NCBI RefSeq assembly: GCF_004010195.1 | Contig: NC_057719.1 | Coordinates: 63,698,602-63,762,601 of the forward strand | DNA from: Chiloscyllium plagiosum | Taxonomy: Eukaryota | Reading direction: 5' to 3' | DNA length: 64,000 nucleotides | Part shown: positions 25,638 through 39,555 of the stretch, in pieces | How positions within the stretch are numbered: position 1 is the stretch's first letter | How the letters are laid out: each line of letters opens with the position of its first letter | Position numbers and translations under genes: made by a program | Notes under the pieces: generated by a model | The model's database searches: none | What the model saw: the letters and a program-made list of their open reading frames with translations, nothing else | Told to the model about the DNA's origin: nothing

Positions 25638-26105
25638 AAGATTGTGAGCAATTTTGGGCCCCACACCTCAGGAAGGTTATATTGGCCCTGGAGCGGGTCC
25701 AGAGGAGGTTCATAGGAATGATCCCAGGAATGAAAGGCTTAACATATGAGAAATGTTTGAGGACTCTGGGACTATCCGGTGGAGTTCAGAAGGATGAGAA
25801 GGGATCCGATTGAAGCTTACAGAATACTGAATGGCCTGGACAGAGTAAACATTGGGAAGATGTTTCCAATAGCCAGAAAGTGGTAAATCTGTGGAGTTCA
25901 TTGCCAGAGAAGGCAGTGGTGGCCAGGTCATTGAGCATATTTAAAACAGAGATAGATAAGTTCTTGATTGGTATGGGAATCAAAGGTTATGGAAGAAAGT
26001 GGAAAAATGCTGTTGGAGATCTATCAGCCATGATTGAATGGTGGATCAAACTCAGTGGGCCAAATGGTCTAATTTCTGCTGCTATGTCTTATGGGTCTTA
26101 TGGTC
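25638..26105 (+). mobile_element. CR1 LINE 3' portion with internal deletion
   Basis: QFWAPHLRK-type start; VVNLWSSLPEKAVVARSLSIFKTEIDKFL; gtcttatgg tail repeats. Confidence 0.88.
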
Positions 26106-26304
26106 ATATGGGTTTTATAAAGTAGCCATTGCAAATTATCTGAATAGATCGATAAGTATGGCTTTGGGAAGCAATAACAAATTCAAGGACTTTAGAAAAG
26201 TAACGATGATTGGAGATTGGATTGTAGTTTTCAAAGGCAGAAACTTCCAGACTTTGTTTTTGAGAATAGGGTGAGCAGAGTGGATTTTTTAAGAACACAG
26301 CTGA

Positions 26305-27295
26305 GGTGCCCTAGCAATAATATCATTGAGCTGGTAATCCAGAGGCCCAAGCTAAAGCTCTGTGGGACATGGGTGCAAATCCTGCCTCAGCACCTGATTG
26401 AAATAATTGCATTCAAATTCCATCTGGAGTTGATAGTATTATGGACCAGGCCAAATTCCCCCTCATAATATATTAAGAAAATAGTCTAGACCCAAACCTT
26501 TTCTTAATTTTAAATGTAAATGGAAGGTGATATGATGTGGATGCCATTCAATTGGTCAAAGTTCCAGGCTTGAAGCAAAACAAACTTTTTTCTTACACTA
26601 TTGTTAAAATGGAGACAAAATCAAAATACAAAAAAAAGCTTAACTGCAATTCTATGGAAATACTTAACAAGATTATACGCACACACACGCACACACAAAA
26701 CCAATGATTAGCTGTTCCATAATTGTAACATCCTCTAAACACACCTTTGGCAAAGGGAAATTCAGTAAAACTGTAATCTCATATGCAATTTTCACAGTGG
26801 AGAGAACTCCAGCTTTTAGCTATAACAGAGAAGAAAACCTTGTACATGCAGCTTCAAGACTATAGCAACTACTGAAAGTTAAACTGACATCTTAGTTCTG
26901 TGGGAGCTTGACTCCACCCATTCATGTTACTTCTATTGTTCCAACTTTTAAAAAGAAACAAAACTAGCTGAGCTCAGAGCAGACAGCTCGGCTCCAAGTT
27001 TGCAGCACTTACTTTCAAAAGAAACATGACAGAATAAATCCTTCTTAAAAGTGCATCCCATAACAACAGTGACTATAAACAGTTGCCAATTATCTTAAAA
27101 GTGCTTCTGGTTCACCTAAATCCTTTAGGGAAGAAAATCTGTTGTCCTTATATGGTCCATCCTATATGTGACTCCAGACCCCAACTAACATGGTTGACTT
27201 TTAACTACGTTTAGGAATGGTGCAAGTCACTAATTTCAGGGCAATTAAGGATGTGTAACAAATGCTGGCCTTGTTTGCGATGTCCACAACACGCA
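26305..27295 (+). mobile_element. Old SINE (same family as 935-1290) split by an LTR-like insertion
   Basis: Head at ~26305-26436; core and tail at ~27066-27295 (ctggttcacctaaatcctttagggaag...aaatgctggcc). Confidence 0.65.
26437..27065 (-). mobile_element. Solo LTR-like element
   Basis: Termini tattatgga...cccataaca (TGTTATG... on the - strand). Homologous in opposite orientation to 60631-61652. Confidence 0.6.
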
Positions 27296-30199
27296 ACGAT
27301 ATTTACTCAACTTTTGCTCATATCAGCTAACATGCAGAACAGGAATAGAGGTCGGTGATCCCTCATTTGATGGAAGTAAGGTTAAGGGAGGATGAAGTGG
27401 ATCTTCTAGACACATTGAGGCCAAAGAGGGTGATATGTCATTGACCTGAAGCATTTACTCTGTTTCTCTCATGGATGCTGCCTGACCTGTTTTGCATTTC
27501 CAGCATTTTCTGTCTTGTGCTCCGATTCCTAGCATCTGCTTCTTTGTTTTTTCTGTTGCAATTTAACTTCTTTGTAGGTGAACTAAATACTTAACATGAT
27601 GCACTTGTTTTTCAGTGCTCTAAGTAATCAATCACAGAAAACTGGAATGAAAGCACAATCTGTTCAATAGACTTAATCATATTTTTTGAACTAAGAAATG
27701 TTTTTCAGCATAGATATGCTATTACCAGTGAATGTTCTACACACATCCCATGTCATCCATTCGTTTCTCATTCCTTTTGAGTTTGGTTACTGCCTACCAG
27801 CATCCTGTTGGCATAATATATCCTCAAGCACAAGTTCAGTTGGAAGAATATGTTCACCTATCACATTGGTGAGTAAGTGGGAAGGTTTTCATAAATTGGA
27901 TTGAAATTTACTCTTGGGGAAATAGAGTGAGAGGTTTCCTCTGAATTCAGCCCATATTTTGTTAATTTTGGAGGCCTTCACATTGACCCAATATAATTAC
28001 ATTTTATTAGTTAATTCAACAGTATTTTTTATATATGCTTCAAGCTTAAATATGCACGCTGCCCTTTCCTGGATTTTCTGCTAATAGCTATCGCCTAGTT
28101 TTGAGGGCCATCAGTCCACTCATTTGTGGCTTTAATGTATTTATTCGTTATGCTTTTTAAAATTGTGGTTGGATTTTTGATAACCATATTTCAGTAGAAT
28201 AAAAGTCAATAAAGTAGGTTACCCATTCAAGGGGGGGGGATTCATAGCTCGGTCTCCTAATTAAGAGTCAGATGCTGTACTGTGTGAACTGACAAAATAC
28301 TGGTTGCAAGGTGACATTGAAAAGGAATAAGCAGTCTCAATGAGTAGCTCACTTGTAAGATATATGCATTTTTATTCATATTAAACAGTATCCAGTTGAA
28401 AATTCAGTAGAACTACACTTTGTTACATTTGTGTACAAAATTCACTCTGGAAGACTACCTGTCAAGATCCATCATAAAAGTTGCTGAGAATTCTAAAAAC
28501 ACAAGTTTGATTTTTTTTCTCCTGTAAATTTCATGTATTCTAAATGTTTCAGCATCCTTTTCTGGTGAATATGAGTTCATTCTGCAGCTAATTAACAGAT
28601 CCAAACTATTTCCTTCTGCAAAGTTATCACAGTTCACAATATTAAAATATGTTACATTGTAGTCACAGCAGTTCAGCATTTTTTTTTATTCGTGGTGCTG
28701 GAGAATTGTTGTAGCTGGCCATATTAATTGATGCAGAATATTTAAGATATGCTGAGGTGGTTGAAAAATGTGGACAAACTTGTATTATTTTGGCCACCTT
28801 TATTCATCAAACAAATGAAGAGCCTGAGTACTGCAACAAATTACGTGGATAGTGATGCTCAGAATCTTGACTACTGGATGTGCTCAGATCATGCAGTGGG
28901 ATGGTGGTTACAGAAATTATTTTGTAACTAAAAATCATGAGGTGAACATACAACTGAAGCATAATGAGACATTTATTTATATCAGGACATATTATTTATA
29001 TGTGGACTGGTACCAGAAAGAAAAGAACCAAACATGCTGTGGTCATTGCAAAACCAACCTAGATCACTTATGTTCTTCCAGGAATGGATTTGATATCCTT
29101 AACCTATATTTTCTTCGGAGCTATGATAGGAGGGGCAAGAAATGATGCATAGCCACAACTGCCCATGTTAGAGCAACTTTATTTTTAAAAATCCAAAATC
29201 CAGTTTCATATTGTCTCATGAATCATCTTATGTCCTGCACTTGTGCTGGAAGTTCAGTATATTATCTTGTAGCATGTTGCATACCAACGGGTCAGACTAA
29301 TTTTTGAAAATGACTTGATATGCTCTGCGTAATTCTCATAGCTTCACCTGATTCACATCTGACATATAGCTTTGTTGACTTAATCTGACAAAGGGGCAAT
29401 GTTCCGAAAGTTTGCAATTTCAAATAAACTGTTGGACTGTAACCTGGTGTCATCTGACTTCTGACCTTGTCTGTCCCAGTCCAATACTGGCACCTCCACA
29501 CCATCTCATTAGCTCAAGTAATAAAGAGCTCTATTATAATTGGCTTGTTTGAGACTAGTATCTGTGTTTATAAATACCCAAACATTTGTGAAAGGAGCAT
29601 GCATTGACACAATAATCTGAATATCTTTCCAAGTGTTTGACAAGAAAAGTTTGCACTAGCAGTTGATTCTGATTCCTTTGATTTTGAATATTGACCTTAT
29701 AAACATGGCCAAAGGTCCACATTAAAAGCAGGGATGTGTATTTACATTTAAATCACGTGATTGATTTTACTCATTCAAATATTGCATAATTTGTTCTTTG
29801 CATCCATGAAGTTGGACTTGAATATGAAAAGAAGTGCAAAGTTGAAGTAAAATCATTTAAATTATCATCAGGTTACACCAAAATTGCCTTTTAATAGAAT
29901 AATTTGTAGAAGAGAAGAACGACAGCGGGAATTAAATACTTCATCCGTTTTAAGTTCCCAGGAAAGAAAGTTGAAGTAGGAGACTATTTGATAGAATAGA
30001 CTTAGAACTGAATTCAGTTTATTCTCACATGTACTCAAGTTACAATAGAACAAGAGTATGTTGAAAAGTGCACAATGTTTTGATTGCAATGCAGTAGGAA
30101 TATAGAAAAGGAAGAAAACGTGTAGAATTGTGGAATGGTTACAGTTCTTCACATCTGTACTGGCTGTCTGAAGTAATAATTTGTCTAGTGCCACTCCCC

Positions 30200-30830
30200 T
30201 ACCTTCTCCAAGTAGCCTTGTACATCCTTCCTTTTCAGATGATAATTCAATTTAAATGGCTCAAATGAACTTAGCTCCACCATGCTCTCCTGCATTGCCT
30301 TTCAGATCCTAGCCACTCACTGTGTTTTCCTCATGTCAGCATTCTGTGTCCACTGGTTCCTACTCTGTCCAGATCCCTAATGAGTTTGAATGCCTTTAGC
30401 AAATGTCTTCTCAACACTTTCTTTTTCAAACAAAAGAGCTCCAACTTCTCCAATATACCTATGTAACTGAAATTTCTCATCCCCAGAACCAAATCTTTTC
30501 TATACTGTCTCAACACCTTCACATCCTTTTCTAAAACTCTGCATCCAGTATTGCATGTTATAGTCTACTTGAAGCTGAAGTGGTGATTTTGCAGGTTTTT
30601 GACAATTTTTTTTATTTTTGTCTTATCAGTGCCCACTGTTAAAACCAAGGATGCCGCATGCTTTATTACCACACTCTCAACTTGTCTTGCCACATTTCCA
30701 TGCATATGCACTAAGTAAGCTGTTGCCTCCATTTAGAATTATACACTTTATTTTGTCACTAATGAATTACTTCATGCTTTCCTGCTTTAAATTTCATCTG
30801 CCAGTCGTCCACATTTTCCACCGTGCGACT
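30200..30830 (-). mobile_element. Old CR1 fragment
   Basis: LVLGMRNFSYIGILEKLELFCLKKKVLRRHLLKAFKLIRDLDRV is a decayed CR1 ORF2 C-terminus. Confidence 0.7.
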
Positions 30831-31097
30831 AGCCAAGAGGAAAAGGGAAATGTACAAAAGGTCCAGCCAGCTAAGAACATAACGGGCCTTGGAGGAATAT
30901 CGGGAGAGTAGGACCAATCTAAAACGAGGAATCACGTGGGCTAAAAGGGGTCATGAAATAACTTTAGTGAGCAGAATTAAGGAGAATCCCAAGGCCTTTT
31001 ATTCATATATAAGAAGTAAGAGGATAACTAGAGAAAGGGTTCGTCCACTAAAAGGATAAGGAAGGAAGGTTGTGTGTTGAACCTGAGAAAATGGGTG

Positions 31098-31431
31098 AGA
31101 TTAGATTAGATTCCCTACAGTATGGGAACAGGCCATTCAGCCTAATAAGTCCACACCAACCCTCCAAAGAATAATCCACCCAGACCAATTTCTCTACCCT
31201 ATATTTACCGCTGACTAATCCACCAAACACTATGGGCAATTTAGCATGGCCAATTCACCTGACCTACACATCTTTGGATTGTGGGAGGAAGCCGGAGCAT
31301 CCAGAGGAAACCCACACAGACACGGGAAGAACGTGCAAACTCCACACAGACAGTCACCCAAGGCAGGAATCAAACCCGGGTCCCTGGCACTGTGAGACAG
31401 CAGTGCTAATCACTGACCACCGTACTGCCCC
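31098..31431 (-). mobile_element. HE1-type SINE nested in CR1
   Basis: (GATTA)n tail, core, and A/B boxes on the - strand. Confidence 0.9.
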
Positions 31432-32316
31432 GATGATTACTTTGCACCAGTGTTCACTGAGGAGAGGGACATGATGAATGTTGAGATTAGAGATAGAAGT
31501 TTGTTTACTTTGGATCACATTGACATAACAAGGGAAGATGTGTTGGGTAGGCTAAAAGATATTAAGGTGAACAAATCCCCAGGACAGGATGGGTTCTAGC
31601 CCAGGTTGCTGAGAGAGGTGAGAGAGAAAATAGCTGGGTCCCTGACAAATATCTTTGTAGCATCCTTAAACACAGGTGAAATGCTGGAGGACTGGAGGGT
31701 TGCTAATGTTGTCCCCCTCTGCAAGAAGGGTAGTAGGGATATTCCAGGTAACTACAGACCAGTGAGCCTGATGTCAGCGGTGGGAAGATACTGATGGATA
31801 AAGAATGGGCTTATCAGTAATAGGCAACATGGTTTTGTGCAAGGGAGATCATGCCTTACCAACTTAATAGAGTTATTTGAGGAAGTGACCAAGTTGATAG
31901 ATGAAGAAAGGGCTGTAGATGTCATATACATAGACTTCAATAAAGCATTTGATGAGGTTCCCCAAGGTAAACTAATGCAGAAAATGAAGTCACGGTGGAG
32001 TGCAGAGTGTTCTAGCTAGGTGGATAAAGAACTGGTTAACCAACAGGAGACTGTAGTAGTTGAAGGGATTTTTTTGAAATGAAGAAAGGTGACCAGAGGA
32101 GTTCCACAGGGATTAGTGCTGGGGCCACTGTTGTTTGTGATATACATAAATGATCTGGGAGAGGGCATTGTTGGTATAATCAGCAAGTTTGCAGATGACA
32201 CGAAGATTGGTGAAGTAGCAGAAAACTTTAGGGGACTGTCAAAGAATACAGAAGAATATAGTTAGACTGGAGAGTTGGGCGGAGAAGTAGCAGATGGAAT
32301 TCAATCCGGGCAAATC

Positions 32317-32625
32317 ACGGTGGCTCAGTGGTTAGCACTGCTGCCTCACAGCACCAAGGTCCCAGGTTCGATCGCAGCCTCTGGGCAACTGTCCTTGTGG
32401 AGTTTACACATTCTCCCCGTGTCTGCGTGGGTTTTCTCCGGGTGCTCCGGTTTCCTCCCACAGTACAAAGATGTGCAGGTCAGGTGAATTGGCCATGCTA
32501 AATTGCCCATAGTGTTAGGTGCAGTAGTCAGAGGGAAATAGGACTGGATGGGTTACTCTTCAGAGGGTTGGTGTGGACTTGTTGGGCCGAAGGGCCTGTT
32601 TCCACATTGTAGGGAATCTAATCTA
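32317..32625 (+). mobile_element. HE1-type SINE nested in CR1
   Basis: cacggtggctcagtggttagc ... gggaatctaatcta. The CR1 resumes at aatgtgaggtgatgc. Confidence 0.9.
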
Positions 32626-33419
32626 AATGTGAGGTGATGCATTTTGGAAAGTGTAGTTCTAGATCGAATTATACTGTAAATGGAAGAGCCTTAGGAAAAG
32701 TTGATAAGCATAGAGATCTGGGAGTTCAGGTCCCTTGTACCCTGAAGGGTGGCTCCACAGGTGGATAGAGTGGTCAAGAAGGCATATGGTATGCTTGCCT
32801 TCATCAGACGGGATATTGAGTATAAGAGCTGGCAGGTCATGTTAACATTGGACAAGATTTTGGTTCGGCCGCATTTAGAATACCGTGTACAGTTCTGGTT
32901 GCCACATTACCAAAAAGATGTGGACGCTTTGGAGAGGGTGCAGAGAAGGTTTATGAGGATGTTATTTGGCATGGAAAGTGCTAGATATGAAGAGAGATTG
33001 AGTAGGTCAGGATTGTTTTTAATTAGAAAAAAGGAAATTGGGGGGGACCTGATTGAGGTCTACAAAATCATGAAGGGTATAGACAGGGTGGATAAAGATA
33101 AGCTTTTTCCCAAGGTGAGGGATTCAATAACGAGAGGTGAAAGGTGAGAAGTTTAAGAAGGATTCACGCGGAAAGTACTTTACACAGAGGGTGGTAGGTG
33201 CCTGTAACGCATTGGCAGCAGAGGTAGTGGAGGCAGGCACAGTAGCTTCATTTAAGGTGCTTCTGGACAGATGCATGAGTAGATGGGGGGCAGAGGGATA
33301 CAGAACCTTAGGAATTGGGGATAGGTTTAGATAGTGGATTTGCATCAGCACAGGCTTGGAGGGCCGAATGGCCTGTTCCTGGGATGTAAATTTTTGTTTG
33401 TAACCTATCTATGTTCCTT

Positions 33420-34445
33420 TGAAGATCTACATTATCTTCCTTGCAGCTTACAATATCTCCAAGATTTTGTATCATCCACAAATTTTAAAATTGTGCCATG
33501 TACACCGATGTCTCAGTTATTAACAATTTTATCAGGAAGAGAAGGGATAATTACACTGATCCCCTGGGAATTCCACTTCACATTTTTCTCCAGTCAAAAA
33601 AAGTCCATTAGTCACTACAGTCTCTTACCTCTTACTCAGTCAATTTTGAACCTATGTTCAAATGCCTTTAGGAAGTCCAAATACACTTCAATCACACCAT
33701 TCTTCTTCAACCCTCTCAGTTATGTATCAAAGTAACTCCAATGAGTTTGTTAAACAATTTGCCTTTTACAAATCCATGTTGACTTTCCTTAATTAAGTTA
33801 CACTTGTCCAAGTGACTTATTTTTATCCGGAATTATTGCTTCTAAAAGCTTTCCCACCATCCAGGTTAAATTGACTGGCCTTTGGTTTCTGGTCCTAACC
33901 CTGAACCCTTTTTGAATAAGTGTGTAACAATTACAATTGCTTTGTACTCTGGCACCATTCCTGCAACCAAGGAGGATTGGGTAAGGCCAGTGCCTCTTTC
34001 CATCCTTATTTCCTTCCATATCCTTGGATGCATTTCATCCATTTCTAGTGGCTTACCAGTTTTACAGGCAACCTATCTAATCCCTCCTCTTTATCATTTT
34101 TAGCCCATCCAATGTCTTAATTACCTCCTCTTTCACTATGATAGGCAGTAGTTTCTTCCTGTTAAAGACAAATCCCAGTACATATTTAGTGCCTCACCCA
34201 TGCCCCCTACCTCCAATTTTAAGAAATTCTTTTAGGTCCTTAATGGCCCCACTCTTCTATTTACCACATTTCCTTTATAGAAGACTTTTGAATTCTTCTC
34301 ATTCTCTGTCTTCTCCTGTTTAGATTTGTAATTTTTACTCTGAACCTTCTATATTTAGCCTAGTTCTCATACTTTTATCAACCTTAGCATTGTCATATTC
34401 ACCTTATCACATTTCCTCTTACTGACTCTGTCTTTTCCTACATTC
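33420..34445 (-). mobile_element. Old CR1 ORF2 fragment
   Basis: RNQRPVNLTWMVGKLLEAIIPDK corresponds to CR1 NYRPVSLTSVVGKLLE. Confidence 0.7.
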
Positions 34446-34842
34446 AGGAAGCTTGAAGAGTCAGGTTTTTTTTTTATTGAGCAATTACTTTGTTTCTTTC
34501 CACTTTCTAGAATTAACAGATTTCATTCGATTAAAGTACACTTCAAGGTGTCCATGAAAAGGAAATAGTCTGTCCTGACCTCCATAACAAGGTCAGTGAA
34601 GTTTTGGTGGTAGGCTTTCCAATCGTAAATACTTATCAAAGGAAATCTGATTCTTTAAAAAGCCTCAAGACAAGTCTATACAGACTGATGTTAGAATTTG
34701 GAAGTTTTTCCATATTTGTGTGTTTGGGTTCACTGCAGCTACTGAATATTAAAATTTTAAATTAGATGTCCAGTGTTGCAATTTAGCACTGCACCATATA
34801 CAAGATAAATTTGTGTTCTGTGGTGTGGGCTGGATTAAGCTA

Positions 34843-35434
34843 CAGGTCATTCTGCTCTAATGCAACAGTTGTGTTCCACTGCAATCTCATGCTATAGAAA
34901 ATCACACTATAGAAAATTGTTGTAGAAAGTTGCACTGTAGAAGATTAGATTATTAGATTTAGATTACATTACAGTGTGGAAACAGGCCGTTCGGCCCAAC
35001 AAGTCCACACCGACCCGCCGAAGCGCAACCCACCCATATCCCTACATTTACCCCTTACCTAACACTATGGGCAATTTAGTATGGCCAATTCACCTGACCT
35101 GCACATCTTTGGACTGTGGGAGGAAACCGGAGCACCCGGAGGAAACCCACGCAGACACGGGGAGAACGTGCAAACTCCACACAGTCAGTCGCCTGAGTCG
35201 GGAATTGAACCCGGGTCTCTGGCGCTGCGAGGCAGCAGTGCTAACCACTGCGCCACCGTGCCGCCCAGGGCCTGTTTCCACACTGTAATCTAATCTAAAA
35301 AAAAAGATTGCTAATAGAAAATTGCTATATCTGTTCAGTAGAAAGTTGACATTATCCAAACAACATTCACAATTTGTCAAACACGTTATAGCCAATTTGA
35401 ACTGACGAAACGCACATTATAACAGAACGATCTG
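34843..35434. mobile_element. Tc1/mariner (Tigger-like) MITE containing an HE1 SINE
   Basis: TIRs CAGGTCATTCTGCTCTAATG / cattataacagaacgatctg, with TA on both flanks. Confidence 0.75.
34943..35297 (-). mobile_element. HE1-type SINE with an extra inverted 3' tail at its 5' end
   Basis: Full - strand SINE 34943-35266, followed by + oriented gggcctgtttccacactgtaatctaatcta (35268-35297). Confidence 0.9.
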
Positions 35435-35484
35435 TATTCAGTTTTTTTGAGAATTTGAATCTACCTTATACTGTTAGCTTTCTA

Positions 35485-35810
35485 TGATGTGGAGGAACCG
35501 GTGTTGGACTGGGGTGGACAAAGTTAAAAAATTATACAGCGCCAGGTTATAGTCTAACAGGTTTATTTGGAAGCACTAGCTTTCGGAGCAGTACTCCTTC
35601 ATCAGATAGCTGTGGAGCAGGACTATAAGAACAGAATTTAAAGCAAAAGACTATAGTGTCACGTAACTGAAATGATAGACTTAATAGCAATCTAGGTTTG
35701 TTCAATGTATCATCTTTTAAAATGGGTTACAGATTTCAGTTCGTTAATATATAAATCCCAAAATTTCTTTTAAGTCATACTCTCAAGGTAACTTAAGGTT
35801 TTATAACCAG
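35485..35810 (-). mobile_element. Penelope-like terminal fragment with hammerhead motif (35574-35608)
   Basis: Reverse complement CUGAUGA-A-GGAG(UACUG)CUCC-GAAA-GCUA. Confidence 0.72.
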
Positions 35811-37193
35811 AGACTGGAGGAGCTGGACCATTGTAAACCATACCATGTACCATTGAGAAAATATTGCCCAGAAGTATTTGAAGTATTCTTATGTTGCTGT
35901 GAAGTAAAATTATTGCATCTTCAAATGTCACTGAGCATTTATAGTCTGAAAAGATTTAGCTTTTATCCTCTATCACAAATACCTGCAGATATTCTAACCA
36001 ACCACTGGCAAGTGGCAGTGACAATCACACATGAACAGATGTAGAAGGCTTTTATGAAAATGAACAGCTTACTTTAACCCATTATCGATACTTGGCTGAA
36101 CAAGCTTACCTTCACAGTTTAGGTTGTTATCACGTGTAATACTGTCTAGAATTCTGGAATATTCTCAAGAAAGAGCCAATGAATTTGTTTCGAAAATCAT
36201 TTGTAAAATCTGAAATATCAGAATCTTCAAGAATTAAAGACTCATAAGTCGAAGTGACCTATGTGCAAGCAACTTCAAAATGCTGAAGAATGGAATCAGA
36301 AATTCCTATGTTAATCATTGAATCTGTTTGTTCTCCACTTGCTATCCGTGAGTATTATAATTTCAACATGCAAGGCCTATAACCTTACTAAAAGGTGTTG
36401 TCACCCTTGCTTAAATCTGCTTTTACTGGTTGCCCAAAGAGAAGGGGGTCAGTCACTAGCTGAAGATGCAGCTGATGAATTGCAGACTCTGCTGTTCATT
36501 CATACCAATAGGATAAGAATGAAGAAGATTGTGTTGTTATTTCTTTACTGCCAGTGATTTATCATCTACGTTTCACTGTAGATAATTTTTGGACTTTTAA
36601 ACAATGCTGTGGAACTGAAACATAGACCTTTAAGTAAAGCATAAAGGCAACTTTAAATGTTGAGGAGATGTTTTGAAGAGGAAATGATGATTGGATTTAA
36701 GCTGGTTCCGTTTTGATCAACTCCACCTACAAACTGGTTTAAAAGTAGGAAATTATGGAAATGTTTAGCAGGTCTATCAGCATTTGAGAAGATTTTTTTA
36801 AAAACAAGTTAATGTTTGAGCTGTACACCCTTCGTTAGACTCATCATCAGGGATTCTTTTGACAAAATCTCGACAACCAAAATGTTACTTGTGGTTCCAG
36901 ATGTTATTGGATTTTTCTGTTTATATTTCAAATTGCCAGCAGTTTTAGTTTTCCTCACTTGCCTCCTCCTTTTTACTTCTCTCAAACTCTTCTATCTGTG
37001 GAACCACACCTGAAATTCCCTTTGAACCCCCTATTATGTTTCTGTTTCAAAAATGTACCTTTGCAGATTATTTCATTGTTAGGGGGAAAATATCACCCTG
37101 GTTACCTTCTTGCTTTCAATTCTTTAACTACTATCCTCTAGAATTTGTGACTTTCATCACAATAAGCCAATCAAATAAACTTAACCAATTTTT

Positions 37194-37480
37194 GGGAGGC
37201 ACAGTGGCTCAGTGGTTTGCACTGCTGCCTCACAGCATCAGGGACCCAGGTTCGATTTGACCCTCAGGCGACTATTTGTAGTTTGCACATTCTCCCTGTG
37301 TCTGTGGGTTTCGTCCGCATGCTCCGGTTTCCTCCCACAATCCAAAGATGTGGAGTGTCTTAGCTAAATTTCCCCAGTGTCCAGGAATATGTAGAGTTAT
37401 AGGATGGGGGATGTGTGTGGGTGGGATGCTGTTCAGAGGGTTGGTATGGACCTGATGGGCCTGCTTCCACACTGTCAGGA
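37194..37480 (+). mobile_element. HE1-type SINE (older)
   Basis: ggcacagtggctcagtggtttgcactgctgcctcacagc...ctccggtttcctcccacaatccaaagatgtg. Confidence 0.87.
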
Positions 37481-38337
37481 TTTTATAGCTCTTCACAGTT
37501 TAAATGAATCTAATCAGCTGCATGTCTAATGTATATTTGAAATAAAAATGGCCAAGAGGACCAGGGTTATGGAACTTCGAGACAGAAGGTAATAATGACA
37601 AACACCCAACAAATGACACAGGAGGATGGCATTGCTTTCTATGATACTAGAGATAAGGTGAACAGCTTGTCTAAGAACCTCTCGCCATGAACTCACAAAT
37701 GAAATAGACAATCTAATGTTGCAGTTCTATTAGAAATTGAATGTTTAAAGGAGAAATCTAAAATCTCAGCAATTAACCAATAAGTCTATACAAGATTTCA
37801 CAACTTTAAACAATATCAAGGTTTTTTTAAATTGAGAACTGTGAAGGAACGCAAGCGCTATTAGCTTAATTCTACAAGTTATAACACTATGTCATGAATT
37901 TAATTTTACTTTATACTATTCTCTCCAAGCATGCATCCCTATATCTTTCAAAATCTTTAAAGTTCATTCACTTTTTCGGGGGAAAAATGCCACAGCCCTC
38001 TGGAATATATTTTATTTTGCTTTTGTACTCCAGCAGTTCTTTCTAATTAAGATTTTATGAGGGTCTTTCTTAGCTTTTTGGCAATGCAGCTGTCTACCTT
38101 TTTCTGTCTAGCCTCCCAAGTGTGGATGCTTCAGTTATCTGTTCAGTTTGCTAGCTGTTCTGATCGACTTCCCACAGCTTTCGAACCTACCTCCCCTGAG
38201 TGCTTTCTCCCTCAAGGTTCTATAAGAATCATTACAGGTTTTTTCCACTAGCTGCAAGGTGGAAGACTTGTGCCAATTGTCTTTTCCTGGCAGCGTTGGG
38301 AAGTGGAGAAGTTAATGTTTCAGTTATAATCCTCCTT

Positions 38338-38462
38338 CAGTTCCTGAAGAAGGGTTACACCCGAAACGTTGACTTCTCCACCTCCTGCTGCTGCCTGGCT
38401 CACTGTTCTTACAGCCTCCTGCTTGTCTACCTTGGATTCCAGCAACTGTAATTTTTTTGTCT
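38338..38462 (+). mobile_element. Penelope-like terminal fragment with sense hammerhead motif
   Basis: CUGAAGA-A-GGGU(UAC)ACCC-GAAA-CGUU at 38344-38370, followed by a gctgcctggct...ccagca terminus. Confidence 0.68.
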
Positions 38463-39355
38463 TAAACTGCCTTTTCCTCACAAAATCCACACAAATGAAT
38501 TAAACAAAATAAAATCTTCTCTTCATGGCTTTGCACTCAACCTGGCACACTTTGGAATTAATCATTCAAAATTGCAAGCAAATGATTTAACCTTCAAGAC
38601 AGCTATTTGATATATATGATGATTTATATGGATGATGAATGTGATTGCCCTCTCTCCAGAATTGCAGGCACTGTTAAGGAACTCTCCTGTTTACATTTGT
38701 TTTGATCTGAGAACCACGTGCATAATTTAGTCTTTATTGATATATATGTAGATCTTGTGGCACCCCCAAAAGCCCAGAAATAGGATGATTTGTTATTTAG
38801 GTTTTGCACCTCTACAATTAACCTTACAAGATAAGCACGCATACAAGTAAGTTTGTACATTTATTACACCTAAGCTTGTTTGAGTTGCACTTACATCAGA
38901 GTTGTTTGTTTCTCAATCAGATGTCTCTCCCATTATCTGTGGTCAAAATTTTAATCTCTAAAACAAGTTATATTCCAAAGCATTTAAACTGTGAACTGGA
39001 TTATACACAACAGCTGGGAGGAGACTGGTGAGAAAGTCATCAAAAGAGTCAGATGATAAAATGACAAGTGAAAGCATTATGTCATTTACACTCTGCAAAC
39101 CATCGGTTGACCAAAAGATACTAATTACATGTTTTTAAAGTGTAATTCGATGTTAATTACATGCCCCAGATTAACTGGTTATATGAAGAAATATCCCTTT
39201 GCACAAAGTTTGAGTTATATCAACAAACTTAAAACCAAAACAACAATGAGTTTTTTTTTAAATGCTGAATTTGTTCCGAATAGTATTTAGGATCAGGTAG
39301 AACATTATAAGGTTTTGCACTGCTGCAATGCTGTGTAGAGTAGATTTTAATAATT

Positions 39356-39555
39356 AAAACAAAAAGCGGTCAATGCTGGAGATCTGAAATAAACAAAATC
39401 TAAAATTGCTGGATAAACTCAGCAGGTCTGGCCACATCTATGGAGAGACGAAACAGCTAATGTTTCAAGATATGGGATCCTTCTTCAGAATGAAATGTTA
39501 ACTCTATTTCCTCTCCACAGGTGTGGCCAGATCTGCTGAGTTTATCCAGCAATTT
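39356..39555. mobile_element. Fold-back Penelope-like mini-insertion with 15-bp TSD
   Basis: Inverted arms aaaatctaaaattgctggataaactcagcaggtctggccaca / tgtggccagatctgctgagtttatccagcaattttagatttt. TAGATTTTAATAATT at 39341-39355 and 39556-39570. Confidence 0.75.

Larger units (their letters stand above)
30885..33397 (+). mobile_element. CR1 LINE ORF2/RT to 3' end, with two nested HE1 SINEs
   Basis: PGNYRPVSLMS, GRSCLTNLIELFEEV, DFNKAFD, GVPQGLVLGPLLFVIYINDL, SKFADDTK and LVRPHLEYRVQFW. Stops and frameshifts present. Confidence 0.93.
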
